From NCBI GenBank assembly GCA_964057225.1, contig OZ059899.1, positions 5,642,001 to 5,706,000 on the forward strand: a DNA stretch of 64,000 nt, given 5' to 3'. How positions within the stretch are numbered: position 1 is the stretch's first letter; every line of letters starts with the position of its first letter. The notes under the pieces are model-generated. The model saw only the letters and a program-made list of their open reading frames with translations, searched no databases and was not told where the DNA came from. The position numbers and the translations under genes were made by a program. Source of the DNA: Auanema rhodensis. Its lineage: Eukaryota; Animalia; Nematoda. Positions 12,201-25,352 of the stretch are shown piece after piece.

Positions 12201-15200
12201 TCATAACGGTTTCACTGTGGCATAATCCAGCACAGGAGTCATATTGTCATTTTCTCTTGAATACAGAATTCCAGATTTAGACCGTGTTCTTATATTAACA
12301 GCAGAAAAGCGTCCATCTTTTGGACATGAGCCTGGCTTAGGTGAATCATCCGAAATCTATAACAATTTTAATAATAAGCTATAAAAATAAAAGTTATACT
12401 TGTAAGCATGCGTAATTCAGAATCAATTGTTCTTCACAATCATTGCTTTTTATAGAAGGAACTGAACTCCTTTTAGGGAGAGCTGACGGTGGTAGAAGAC
12501 TGTCGGACACCGGACTTGATGCGGATCGATCCGGTCTATTTTTGACTTCAGGTACAGAAGAAGAAGTTGATGGAGGGCATTCCATCATTGTATATTCATC
12601 ATCATCAACATCGGCTAGTGATATTCTGAACAACACGTATTAGAGTATTAGAGAAAAAATATTCAAGTACCTGGAAGACGAGGGTGTTGATCTTTCAGAT
12701 GTATTTTCCTGTATTGTTTCTATAGCTTGAGCATTTCTTAATTCAATTGTCTTATAAGGATCAGTAGGAGATGTATATCCTGCAGAAGATAAATAAGTTC
12801 AAGCCTTTAAAATATAGATAACAAATACCTGTTTGATCAGAGGTACTGGGTTGACAAGGGGAATTTAGACAATCAGACAGCACGTAGTCACCAGCATCTT
12901 GAACAAAACAATTTAGTTACTGAACTAGAAAGAAATTTGTATACCTTCAGCTTGTTGGAGAATTTTTTGACTTGGTTTGGTAATCTCGCCATCCAAATGA
13001 TCTGTATTATGAAAGAAATCTTCTTTTCTACCCGAACAGAATGAGGATGTACGAGAGCTGAAACATCAAGATAATTATTGAAAAACTCCCATTTATTACC
13101 GTGTAGGACTATCAACACTAGCTACCGAACCACTTCCTGATCTACCAATACCACTGAAATCCATCTCAACATGATGATCGTTTCCATGTATAACCCTTCG
13201 ATTATAGGGAGTTGATCTTCCAGAACCGAAGCTTCCAGATCTATAGACAAATCACGATTTTGTAAGAGTCAATCATGAAGCTACCGATTTCGAGAATAAT
13301 CTTCTTTATCTACTGCAGTGGCTAAGTGATTAGTACTTGAAGACGATGGTCCAAAACATGAATTTCCTGAAGATCCAGCTGATGTTTGCGATAACCTTTG
13401 AGTCCTATTAACATGTGATGTTTTTCGAAAAGGCCTTCTAAAAAAGTTATTTTGATGGAAAACACAAAAACAGAAACAAAACATACTGGAAAAAGCTTTT
13501 GCTACCCAAAGAAAATGCCCTTTTTCTTGGATCATCATATGGCAGAACAAGACTGGTGGAAGCCTCGTTGCAATCCGGGATAGAGGAATCCGTCGGAATA
13601 GCAACCGAGAGATTAGCGGGCTTCAGATTTCCGCGACCACCAAATGAATACGCTCTAGAAAAAAAGCAATTGGCTCTAATGGACAAAAAAACATACCTGG
13701 GAGGATTTATCTGCGACGATTGCCCATGAGAACTACTATTGGCTGCCATAGACGAATAACAGCTATCTGTAGAATCAGAGACATAAGATCGCACTTCTTC
13801 CAAATTGTATCGTTCTCGTTCAACTAAAGCAAAAATATAGAAAAATATCTTTAAAATAATTAAAATTACATTGAGGAGGAACAATCAAATGACTATTGCT
13901 TCCGAAATGCCAGTCCGCAATATCCATATGAGCATAACTATCCTCTTGTGTTTCGGCACTCAACCTACTAACTCCACCAACCGAACTTCTTTCATCGTTA
14001 TCGGATGAGGATATATCCTGAATAATAAAAATATACTGAGCATTTATATTTAATAAAGAGTTACCTTAATACGATGTTCTATTGTAGCTTCGGCAATAAT
14101 CAAAGAATGCTGAGAACTTCGAGTTGATCCTTGTTCCTCCCGAGAGCTTCCATTATCGCATCTTAACGTTCCGCCACTAAATTATACTGATTAATAACAA
14201 ATGAAAAAAAAAGAACTAACCTATCTTCAGTTTCTTCTAAGTTGTTATTAGATGAAGGAGGAGCCATAACCTGATATGAAGAGCTCTCTTCTTTTATGCT
14301 TGATGTGTTTGACGACCGCCGACCCCTGAAAGTACATATTTTAAATAAATATTTCAAAACACAGCATACGTCGGAGTGAAAATATTCCATGCGGGGTTAT
14401 AGCCAATACTTTTAGTATCGGCTGAACCTGTTGATATTGTCGAGCAACGAGCAGAAAAGGATCCACCAGAGACGGTTCTAAAAAAAATCAATTTCTATGG
14501 TCATTCAAGTTAATCATACCCATGATTAGATATCTTCCGACCAATTGTACTTGTAGACTCGACAGGAGAGCATTTTCGCCTAAATATAATGAATATTTGT
14601 ATGTAACATTGAGAACCATATTTCAATAACCAATAACAAAACAACAAAAACAAACGAAGAGAAATATTGACTGATAGCATGAGAAGAGGAGAAAGCTTAG
14701 AAGAAAAGAATTGTGCTATATAAAGAACATTGAACAAGTGGTACAAGAACACATGCAGAATTTGCTAGACACCTTTCAGATAGAACCGAGGGATTTCCGA
14801 GCGAATGAACTGATCCACGGGGACGATCAATCCTGCTAATCATTAATAGTTTTAAAATTTAACCTTAAACCAGTTGGCACAACACAAGAAGTTTTAAAAA
14901 AATGGAACTTAATAACACACCTCCCCAGAAGCTCCATCTGCATGGCAGTTGGATTTCCGAGTGAGCCACGAGGCCGAATAGCAGTCAGTCGATTAGACTG
15001 TATAGGACTACGATTGCTTTCTTCCTCGAAAGAATCAATTAAAGCTTTACAATCTCGCAGCATAGCTCGACGATCTCTGGCAGAAACATAAGCGGGAGCA
15101 GGTACAATAATAGATGAAACTTCCTCTTCGGTGCTATCGCTGATAAAAAATTGGTTAGATTTCCAAACACTATGTTCGGGAGAATGAACAGGAACTTAAA

Positions 15201-17032
15201 CAGGAATGATACACCAAGCAACGGAGAAAAATGAACAAGTAAACAACAATTTGAAAATGACATATTAACTCATGAGTTATAAGAGAAAAAAGAATATTTT
15301 CAGATAAGATAAGAAAATAAAGTAAAAAAAAACTCACAGTCCATTAGAATTTGTTCTCATGTGCAGAGGTTGTGTGTGGGAGCGTTCACGATGGTGTGTT
15401 CTCAGTATTGGGAGAGTATCACTAAAAAGGTATATAAAAAATATTTTATTCGTATAAGAAACAAACCCTCCGTTTATCTTTTTCTTCTTCTCGCCTTCAC
15501 GCTCAATAATGAAATTCAATTTGAGATGCATATCGTTGGCAACCTACAATAAAGATTGATTGGAAATGCACCAACATACAATCAGACCTCATCTGATTCA
15601 CATTGAGCCCACAACTCACAAGCGCCTGTAGGAGATCCACGACCCATTTTAATTAAAAAATATCTTTCCTGACTGCCAAAAAATGCAATGAACATTCTCT
15701 GAAAGGTGTTGTTAATGAGGAAAAGTTTAAAAAGCTTACCGGTAGTTCGATGAATGACTCCGTCGGAAACGGGGGAATACCAGAAGGAGGTAAACCTTGG
15801 GTAGCAGGCTCAATTTTTCGTTTACACAGAACTATGGTATGTGGATAAAAGCAAATTCTTAATAAAACAATAATAAAAACTGTATTCAAATTCTATGTAC
15901 CTCCTTTTGCCTGGTTGTAAATCAGGTTGTCTATCGCACATACTTGGTAAAGCTTCATCCGCGCTAATTGGCTTTTTCAATTTAGGTGAGGCAACAATTT
16001 CGACATCCCACGCATTTTCTGTAATTTTCAGTTTGTAAATCGCTTCTTTATGCTTGGTTTTACCAAAAAATTCAGCAATTTGAACTGGACGACACAGTTT
16101 GAATGCACGAGAAGGTATGATAGCCCTCAGAATAGCTTCGTACCATTCCAAATTCACTTGATCATTTTCTGCACGAATACAAAGAGTTTCGTCTGGTCCC
16201 ATAAGGCAAACACATCTCTTTAACTTCGCATCAAACTGTAAAAAAACAATACAAAACGTGTAGCAACTTGTCTTTCATATTTCTAAATCCCTTCCGACAA
16301 AATCATCAGCCCCATATCTCGGAATCTAACTTCATAATCCATCCAGGTATCTACGTGACAAATAAGCTCTCGAAGCTCTTCATCCGCTCACATTCAATCA
16401 AAAGATAAATGGTAAACAACATAATCCGTTCCATAAAGAATGATATTAAACATCTATGGTAATCAGTGGTTTTTATAGAAAAAATATTCTAAATAATAAT
16501 ATTCATCATTAAAATGTACTCAATTTGTCACACAAATTCGTAAAAATCTGATACTCATGCATAAAAAACTAAGACTAAAGAGAACAGATAGAAATGAAAA
16601 TCTGTGCATTTAGCTCCCTCACTACCCCATATACTTTGAAAAATTTAACAACACATGACGGCATTTTCATCGAAAAAGAAAGAAAACAAACACCACTATT
16701 TACCGCCCAATGTTGAACATTAACAATGACATTTCAAAATACTAAATTATAATATTAAACTATTAAACATACATGATCATTATGAACGTTAAAGGCCACG
16801 GAAAGATCAACGAGATGGCGGGCAGGCTTTCGCTTCGTGTAAGCCTTCTCGCTTTCATGTAGTTCTAAGGCCCGCTCACTTAAAACTGCATAAAAGCTTT
16901 TCTTAGACTTCTGAAAACAAGGGAAATTAGAAGGAAATGGTAGTCCAAACCAACCACGGGAGCGAAAGCGGCGGTTACAGCTCCTGACTTCAATACTCCT
17001 CTTTCTTCTTCTAATGGCGGCGCCGATGTCAT
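12201..17032 (-). CDS. ist-1: Insulin receptor substrate (IRS) family adaptor: PH + PTB domains, long Ser-rich tail
   Basis: PH: KSKKSFYAVL...LELHESEK...LEWYEAI. IRS-type PTB: FFGSQERYFLIKMGRGSPTGACELWAQCE (cf. IRS1 FFIEVGRSAVTGPGEFWMQ). YxxM motifs YQVM, YAHM, YTMM. C-terminal LNYACL and LDYATV. Stop TGA at 12203-12201. Confidence 0.88.
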
Positions 17033-19732
17033 GCTCTAGCGTTTAAGCGCTCATCCGCTTAGCTCTGAAATGAAACTTCAAATTTTGAAAGAAATCGAAA
17101 TAAAATAAAGAGCTGTCTGTGAAATTTCATACAAAACAAAACGGTAAACAGAGAATTGCTTATCAACATTGATATAAAGATGTTGCCAAAGATCATGTGT
17201 TTCTGATATCATGAAATAAACAGAAATATTCTAGAAAAAATTGCTTTAATTAAAACCCAAAAGGAAAAAAGAGGAATGAAGCAGTGGTGTGAGAATTTGA
17301 AACCATGAAAAGTTAAAACCATGATGACGAGTGTATAGAAAGCATAGGATTTTTAAAAAGTTAGTCCAATTTCACAATGCATACGAAATTACCAGAAGCG
17401 CAGAACAATTTCTATAGGCTAATATCAACAGCGGTGAATAACATAAAATAAGAAAATGAAAAACAAAAATGAATTTCTCTCACTATTAAATGACACGGCA
17501 CCCTACAATGACAAAGACAGAATTCGAAACATAGCTTTATTTGGGAGTTGAACAACATTGCATAGCTTCATATGATTCGATGATGAGGATTATATAGAAA
17601 TATTGGAAAATTAATTTTTAAATATAGGGTGTGGCTGATCATTAACTGTGTGTACCGTTATCGCACTCGCCTCTTTCTCTCTCTGTACGCTCATGCATCA
17701 GGCAATAGCATAGCAATCTGACAACTTTTCCACTGTTGCTGCACAAATAATGTATGTCACATGCCAAGCACAATCAGTAATAAGTGCTAATAATAAACAT
17801 TTGGATTGTTCATTTAAGCTAGGAAAATAAGTACTGGAAGACATTTATAAAAAACGGATGATTAGTAATTACATTTGCAATCAATTAAACAAAGAATTAT
17901 GAAAGAGAAGATCAGAAAGAATGAAAGTACACGGCGAAATAATGCTGTAAGTTGCGTCCCAAAAAGGAAACGCTAACAACTAAAAATCGAGACAAGACAA
18001 AAAGATCTTGAACACAAAATATGTAGTAAGACACACAAGCAGGCTAAAGAAGGTAATGAAGGCTGTTTTCCCATATCAGACTACAAAGTTGTTCAAAGTT
18101 GTTGTTAAAGTGTTCAAAAATGAGCTCTTGGCATGCCAAACATGGAACGATCCATGAACCCATCTATTTTCGTGTAGATAATAAAATAACAGTGGTAACA
18201 ACAGTTTTTTCCAAAAACTTTTTAGAACATCATAAACGATTTCAATATGTATACATAAATGATTCAGCTTTCTGTGTGATGAGAGAAAGGACATTGACAG
18301 AAGTACGCGATCGATATTAGCTCCGCCTACTTTGTGGACGGGATGCTAAACGCTACTAATCTCTGCTATGATACACATATATGACTGAATTTATTGAATT
18401 GATATGTGAACTTAAGCGATCTTGCAACAAACATGAAAACATAACTAATATAGTCAATTACAACAATGTTGCGAAAGATAAAGACAAAGAAAAGATCAAG
18501 GTTAATTGTAGACTATATATAAAGACAACAATTAACACTAGGATAAAAAATATCACAAACATGCTTCAATAGCTTTATATTACATAAAATGCTTAATGTA
18601 TTCATGAGTGGAATGAAGCCGTGCAACGTCATTAGCGGCAACGAAACAATGATAAAACTAACGATTTTTTACGCAAAAACTATGAAAAAGTATTCAACAA
18701 ATTAGACAGAAAGCTATTAAGAATGTTATAAAACACGAAAACACTCGATAAATGCGGTAAAAATTAGCAAAATAAATTTAGGCGCCAATTTTAAGCATGG
18801 ACTAAGCTAGGTAGTTTTTTTTTAGTTAAAATGGCATAAATAATCTTTAAAGCTAACAAATTATATTAGATAACAAGAAGTAAAACTGGACGTGTGCCAT
18901 AATGCAACGGAAATTCCGTGTTTAAGATGAGAGTGAAAACACTTTGAGAGTCAGGCCTTCACAATCATGTGATTTCCAACTATAATTATTCAAATTCATA
19001 TGCGAAATAAAGAAGAAATATTTGTAAAGAATGTTCTGACTATGTTAGTTTGAATGTAAAAAAAAACAAAATAAAATGAAAAATATAAATAGTTTTCGAA
19101 ATAAAGGCGTTAGCAGCTATAATATAGTAAACAACTTTTTCGCCGTCAAACTAAAAATATTGCTATATTGTACGCAAATAAAATTTTTCTGTCGGCTGTA
19201 AAATTTGTTCTCTAAGTGCTCCAGCGTTGTTTTTCCTTATCAATACTGATTACAACTGCTTATTTTTTTCAAGTTGGAATCAAACGTAACCGCTATCTGT
19301 TTGAATCTTAAATATTAGTAGAAACATATTACTTATTTTAATTTATTTATCCGCTTGGAAGGTTTTTGTACAGATAAATTCCTATTATAGTCTTTAATCA
19401 ATTTAACTTGAAGAATTTAATCTCCCTTAGTTAAGCCTGTTGATTATAAATGTAACCATGGTATTTTTTTACAACTATTGAGAGTTCTAACGTCAATATT
19501 GCAAAAAAAAATCGTATATTGGACGACAAGCAGCACTGTATTTTAATCCATTTTTTTCCCTAAGTTTAACTAGAGTACTGATCTGCGTTGACATTTTTGT
19601 TTCTTTCAATTTTTTTATCGATTTTTTGCATTTTTACTATCTTTGTAATTTAATATATTCTCTATTTTACATTGCAGGGAATGTTTGCAATCTTAGATCA
19701 ATTGAGCTAAGTTTGTTCAAATTTTATTTGGA

Positions 19733-22700
19733 ATGGTTCATTTTGATCAATATAAAGAACAAATGGAAGTATTGTCGGAAACCTCTCATCCTAATACTAA
19801 CGAGAACAAAGTGGCTTCTGTCACGCCTGCTGTAAAAGTATGTTTTCTGAATGCTTTTTTTAAAGACTTTTTTTTCAGACTGCTCAACATCCCCAGCCAT
19901 GGTGTGGGCAACATTTGGCGACTGATAATGCCAACACTAAAAATATTTATTCATATACTAGTATAGAAAGCAAAGAAAAAAGCTCAATGTGGAGAATTGC
20001 TGAGCTTGCTCGATATAACAAGGTATATAACATATATCAAAGTCCTGTAGCTTCGTAATATTATAGTTAAAACACGAGTATACATTATTGGATGAAAGTG
20101 GTCCAGCTCATAAAAAATTATTTACTGTCCGGTTAGTTCTTACCGAAGACCAGGTAAGATTTAATTCAACTCTAATTTAGTTGCTGTTTATATTTTTAGT
20201 GCTTTGAAGGAAGCGGAGCTTCAATAAAAAAAGCGCAGCAAGCTGCAGCTTCTGTCGCTATTAGTAAAACTACATTGAATTTTCCTCCCGAAAAAGCATT
20301 CAAAAGAAAAAAAGGTTAGCTCGCATTGTTCATTTCTTTCATTATTTTCAAATTAGAAGCATCTCCGCCTGAGCTATTAGCATTTTTTACAAGGAGGTTA
20401 GACCTCCCAGATCCTGTTTATAAGCCCCATGCACAACCTAAACCCCCGCGTACTCGTGTTCAAGCACCTTTTCCTAATAAAGGAGTGAAACCTTTTTTTC
20501 CAGGGTTTGTTCATATTTAAGAAATTTTTTAAAGCTAATTTTCTTGCAGTCCTTATTCTAATATACCTCCTGTATATGGGGCAAGAGGTATGGTTTCTTG
20601 CCACAATGGTCCCCACCCTAATCAACCCATGATGTGTCCATCTACATGTGTTCATCCTGGTAGATTTTTTTTGTGAACCTTTAAAATCTTATAATATATT
20701 AGGAATGATTCCACCAATTAACGTGCCCTGTGTTTCTGTCTATCCTTTGGAAACACATGATCGTGTGTGTTTGGTTACGGTTTATATTGGAACAGGCAAA
20801 GCCTTTACTGGCGTGGGGCAAACATTTTCTCAAGCAAAATACAATGCTGCCGCACAGGTAGTATATTTTAAAAATATAATATTCTAATTTCTACACTCTA
20901 GGCATTGTGCTACCTAGGACCAGCGATCACGAAATTGGAAGCCAAGTTTAAAGGAGAACAGACTAGCAAGGCTGTTACGGTTGATGAAGTATCTAACTCG
21001 TCTAAATTGGACTGTGATGATTTGGAGTTTTCTACTGCGAATGGAATGTTAAACAATACTGGAGGCTCGTCCCAATCATCTGATGATCATCCTAAACCAA
21101 AGCAGAAGTCTGTTGTTAGTACCGTTCATGAATGTGCACATCAAATGAAATTGGATGTGGAAATTGAGGTTTTGTGCTGTTATTAGTTCTTGTCTTTGAG
21201 GTTGTAATCTAAGGTTCTGAAAGAAGACGGTCCTCCCCATGAGAGATCGTATGTGGTACGTTGTGCTCTGAGGGATGTTAGTGAACAGGTTATTGTCGAA
21301 CACTTGGGAGAAGGACGAAAAAAGAAAATTGCAACTCAACAAGCCTGTTTGGGGGTTTTAGAAAGACTTCGTGAATTAGGTAGTTTCATAAATTATGATT
21401 TCTTGAGCAAAGTTTTTTTTTGAAGAAAATTCACCTATATACATGGCTTCTTTCCTTTTCAAAGCTCAGAAAAAAGGTAAAGCTTGCTCTAAGGAGGGAA
21501 AAAGAAAAACTATCGTGAAGGTAAGCAGTGATGATTTATGAAATAATATGTCGCCCATTTAGGACATGAAAATGGATCCTTCCTATGGCCATCAAATTAA
21601 TCCTGTAACCAGGCTAAGCCAAGTGAGTAGCAGTTTCAGTTCTGATACTTAGATTTTTTTTAAAGATTCTTAATGCTCGCAATGAACCAGATCCTGTGTT
21701 TACTGTTGTTGGCGAACACGGACTAAGCAGATATAAAGAGTTTATTGTTGAGGTTTTCATTATATCAACGTTGTATTTCGTAACATGTATTGAAGGTCCG
21801 ATGTGGAGAGATTTATTGTATGGGTACTGGTCCCAATAAGAGGTTGGCAAAGCGTGCTGCTGCTGAAGAACTGTTGTCTCGTTTGGGATTTATAAAACCA
21901 TTACCTGCCCCAGGTAAAAGTTTATTGAAGAAGAAAGAATCACTCAATGCTATAGGTAATACTTTCAATTTTCTCTTTTCTTATGTTTAATATAAATAGG
22001 AATGTTTGATCCAAACGATTTATGTCCTTCGGAAAAAGCCGAACATGATGATCCCAATACAATTGTGGAAGATAATACTCAAAATCAAAGTACAGAAACT
22101 AAGTTGTTTTTCTCAGTTCAACTCAGATAAAATATATTAATATTCAAGAACCACCACCACTGAGAATACCCCGACACCATCAGAACCAAGCAGTGGACAT
22201 GTTTCTCCTTCCCTAGCTCCCGGTTCACCAAACATTAAGAGAAGAGTTACTTTCAGCAATCAAGTTAGGGCTTGTCCTCCGCCAGGTTTGGTTTTTCATT
22301 CTTAGGCTTCATCATTTTTTTCTATAGAAGATGCTAACTATCCTCAACCGGAAGTTGCTCCCTTGAAGGTGGATGTTGTGGTTGAAGGGAGATTGAAGCG
22401 TATGAGAAAGAGTAAGGACGGAAAAAGGTTAGCTCGTAAGGTTTCCTTATTATTGAAATTTGCGTTGTTTTAGATCATTGAGTGATACTGAAAAATCTGA
22501 ATTAATGAATTCCGCTATCGATTTCGTTGCCGAGCATTGTGGTTCTCCCAAAGAAGATGGCCAAGTTTTCCGAGTAAAATTAGATTTTTTCGCTGACAAA
22601 TATAAATTTTCTGTGCAATACACTAACTTTCCTAAGGTTTTGTTTTTAATACTATTAGATGAACCATTATTCTTTTGAAGTCACCTGATGGATGTGAACA

Positions 22701-22909
22701 ATACTATTTCGCCCTGGTGACCTTAGGCTTGGATAAGCCTGTTGTATGTCATGGTAGTGGCTTGACTGATGAAGGTGCAGCAGAAAATGGAGCATTCAAT
22801 GCAATTTGTAAATTAACCAGACTTGTAGAAGACGAAGTAAGTAATATTTTGTTTTTTCTTATAACGTTTTTTCTATTTTCAGAGTTCAACTACGACTGGT
22901 AATTCTTGA
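19733..22909 (+). CDS. stau-1: Staufen double-stranded RNA-binding protein (five dsRBDs, dsRBD2 split by a Pro-rich insert)
   Basis: dsRBD1 KEKSSMWRIAELARYNKLKHEYTLLDESGPAHKKLFTV; dsRBD3 KSVVSTVHECA...EDGPPHERSYV; dsRBD4 INPVTRLSQIL...GTGPNKRLAKRAAAE; RRVTFS; dsRBD5 PVVCHGSG. Stop TGA 22907-22909. Confidence 0.93.
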
Positions 22910-23579
22910 ATCATTTGATTTAAACAATACTAACTTTTATTTTATTTTTTTTCTACTTTTTTCTCCTCAGATTTTCAAGTAGAATACTTATCCTACTAAC
23001 CAACTTTTATTTTACTTCATGTTTACACTGTATTAGACAGATATTTATCCTAATTCACTTTCCAAATTATTTTATCTATATTAGCAGGGAAAAATCACGC
23101 TTTCAAAAAAAAGAGATCTTTTCTTCCAGCCCTCGTATATTCTAACCAACATATATTATTTTGGGAAATTTGTTTTACTTTGAGATTTTGTCATATCTTT
23201 CGGATTGTGAGCAGCGTTCAAATACCTTGCAGGTTTATTATGAAGCATACAGTCATTCTGTATTTCCAAAGTGATACTGAAACCAGTATTTATGTGATTT
23301 TCTCTTTAACGTGATCATTCTTTTTGTTCGTATAATCTTTTTAATAGGTTTTATGAACTCCCAAAATTTCGTGGTGTCGTGACTCTAGTGCTTTTACGGC
23401 TTTAACTGTCATTTTTTGCATTCGACATGTGTTCAGCATAAATCCTCTTGTCAAATGCATGATTTTATGTTTGTCATAGTATCTATTTCCTCTATAAATA
23501 CGCAAATAAACTATTTATCCAAGTGAAAGATTTGAGATTAAAAGCTACCAAGTGAAAAGGTAATGACATTAAAAATATT

Positions 23580-25352
23580 TCAATTGGAATACGAAAACGG
23601 ATCTGGTTCCTGCTCTGATTCTTTTTTCTCGGTTTGTACATTTTCCTTTGTTTTGCCTTCGTCAAGTTTCTCTTTTATTTTTCCTTCATCGAGTCGTTTT
23701 CGAATAGTCTAAAACAGTTGCAATCAATACTCTAACGTTTTTCTTGTTTTACCTCTATTTCTTCATTGCGATCATTCATTAGACGATCGTAATAGGAAGT
23801 TGAAACTACGTCTCGAGGTTTAGAGAAACCCCCTGTATGAGATTGAGATTGTAATGTGAGCTGAAAAAATAACGCATCTATTTTTATTCAAAATATATTT
23901 GGCACCTGTCCTCCTAGCCAAGCCATATATCGATTTGAATCTAGCTGATCAATTTCAGAACGGTTAAGTCCTTCTACTGCAGTAGTAGCTTGTCTTTGGC
24001 GATGCATGCCACCTTGGAATCCCTTAAATACGTTATGCATAACACTATCAAGTCAAAAAAGAACAAACATCTCCAGTTTTAGAGTTCTGAGCTGCAATAG
24101 TTTGTCGAGGATCTTGAAACCTCGGGATAGCTGCTCGACACTTATTTAACTCATCTGCGGTAAACCGTCTGCCTCCACTACTTTCTATGATTTCACCCCG
24201 TCTTCTCCCTGAGTATTGAGTTACACGAAAACGCTTTAGCAATTTTTTTTTATAGATTTACCAATAGTTGAATTGGTGGCGTCCTTGTTGGGTTTATCCC
24301 ATTTTTTCAACATTGTTTCAGTCATTTTATCATCAACGATTTTGCAAATCGCAACCTTTTCAAAACCATCCTGAAATTTCGAGTTTTTTAGTCATGATTC
24401 ACAAAAATGTCGCACTTTATCTACAACTTTAGTAACTTGTTCTCTGAAATTGCCAAATGATTGCCCAGATTGATTAGCAAATTTGTGATGAAGTGGAGGA
24501 CATGTAATCTGTAATGAGATTTATTTTCAGAATCCTAATAAAATTAGAGTTCATTCAGCCCATAATTCAATATTTATTGCTCTCTTATATTTTTTCTATG
24601 CTTTTGTTTTTATGAAAAATGATTTTCGAAAAGTTTGGACGAAGAAGTTCATTGAAAGAAGTTGTAAATCCATTTTTTATTTTTATGATGCAAAGAGTGG
24701 TTGCATGAACTTTAATTAAAAGTTTTCTATTTTCGATGAAATGGACTAACCTGGGGAACAACACCATCATTGCTATCTGATAATGGTTTTGACGATTGCA
24801 CATTAAGTTCTGAAAAATGTAATTGAACTTTTGAATAAAACAAGCTATTAGAAAGTTGTATTAGTAGTAATATATTACACACTATACATATTAATTATTC
24901 TTTGGACATTGAACATATTAGAGAAGCCAGCATTATGCTCATACATATATTAAGCTTTTTTTTTACTTTTAACTACATATAATCACACATTTTTACCAGT
25001 GTAAAAAATTGATAGCATAAAGGGATCAGTATCTGAATTTGATAATAAAATATGAATATTTGGTTTTAATAAATAATATTGTGAAGTAAAAGAAAACAAA
25101 TCTTACTTAAATTACGAATGGTACCGAATGCAGCACTTCCTTTTTGACTTGCATACTTATTAGATCCGTATTCCCATGGTATTACACATGGCAAAACAAC
25201 TTTTCTTCTGTGTTTTGTCTCCTGATCTTTAGCATAATCCTATAGTATATTATTATTCTTATTTTTGTAGTATTTTTTACAAAAATAGATTGTGATAGTA
25301 ATAGAACAACAACTAATTTACATCAACTAACCGTCTTTTGATCATCAACCAT
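23580..25352 (-). CDS. Calponin-repeat (CLIK) protein without a CH domain, ~270 aa, 9 exons
   Basis: Canonical repeat IPWEYGSNKYASQKGSAAFGTIRN (~25180-25110), plus degenerate repeats ANQSGQSFGNFREQ, AAQNSKTGDGFQGGMHRQRQ and QSQSHTGGFSKPRDV. Exons splice in frame; stop TGA 23582-23580. The start MVDDQKT is inferred. Confidence 0.8.

Noticed and set aside
18076-18572. Short ORFs between ist-1 and stau-1
   Set aside because: No recognisable domain or consistent splice structure; likely outron or promoter DNA.
23519-23557. CCAAGTGAAA direct repeat flanking a miR-75-like TTAAAAGCTACCAA
   Set aside because: No precursor hairpin, an imperfect seed, and only two short copies.
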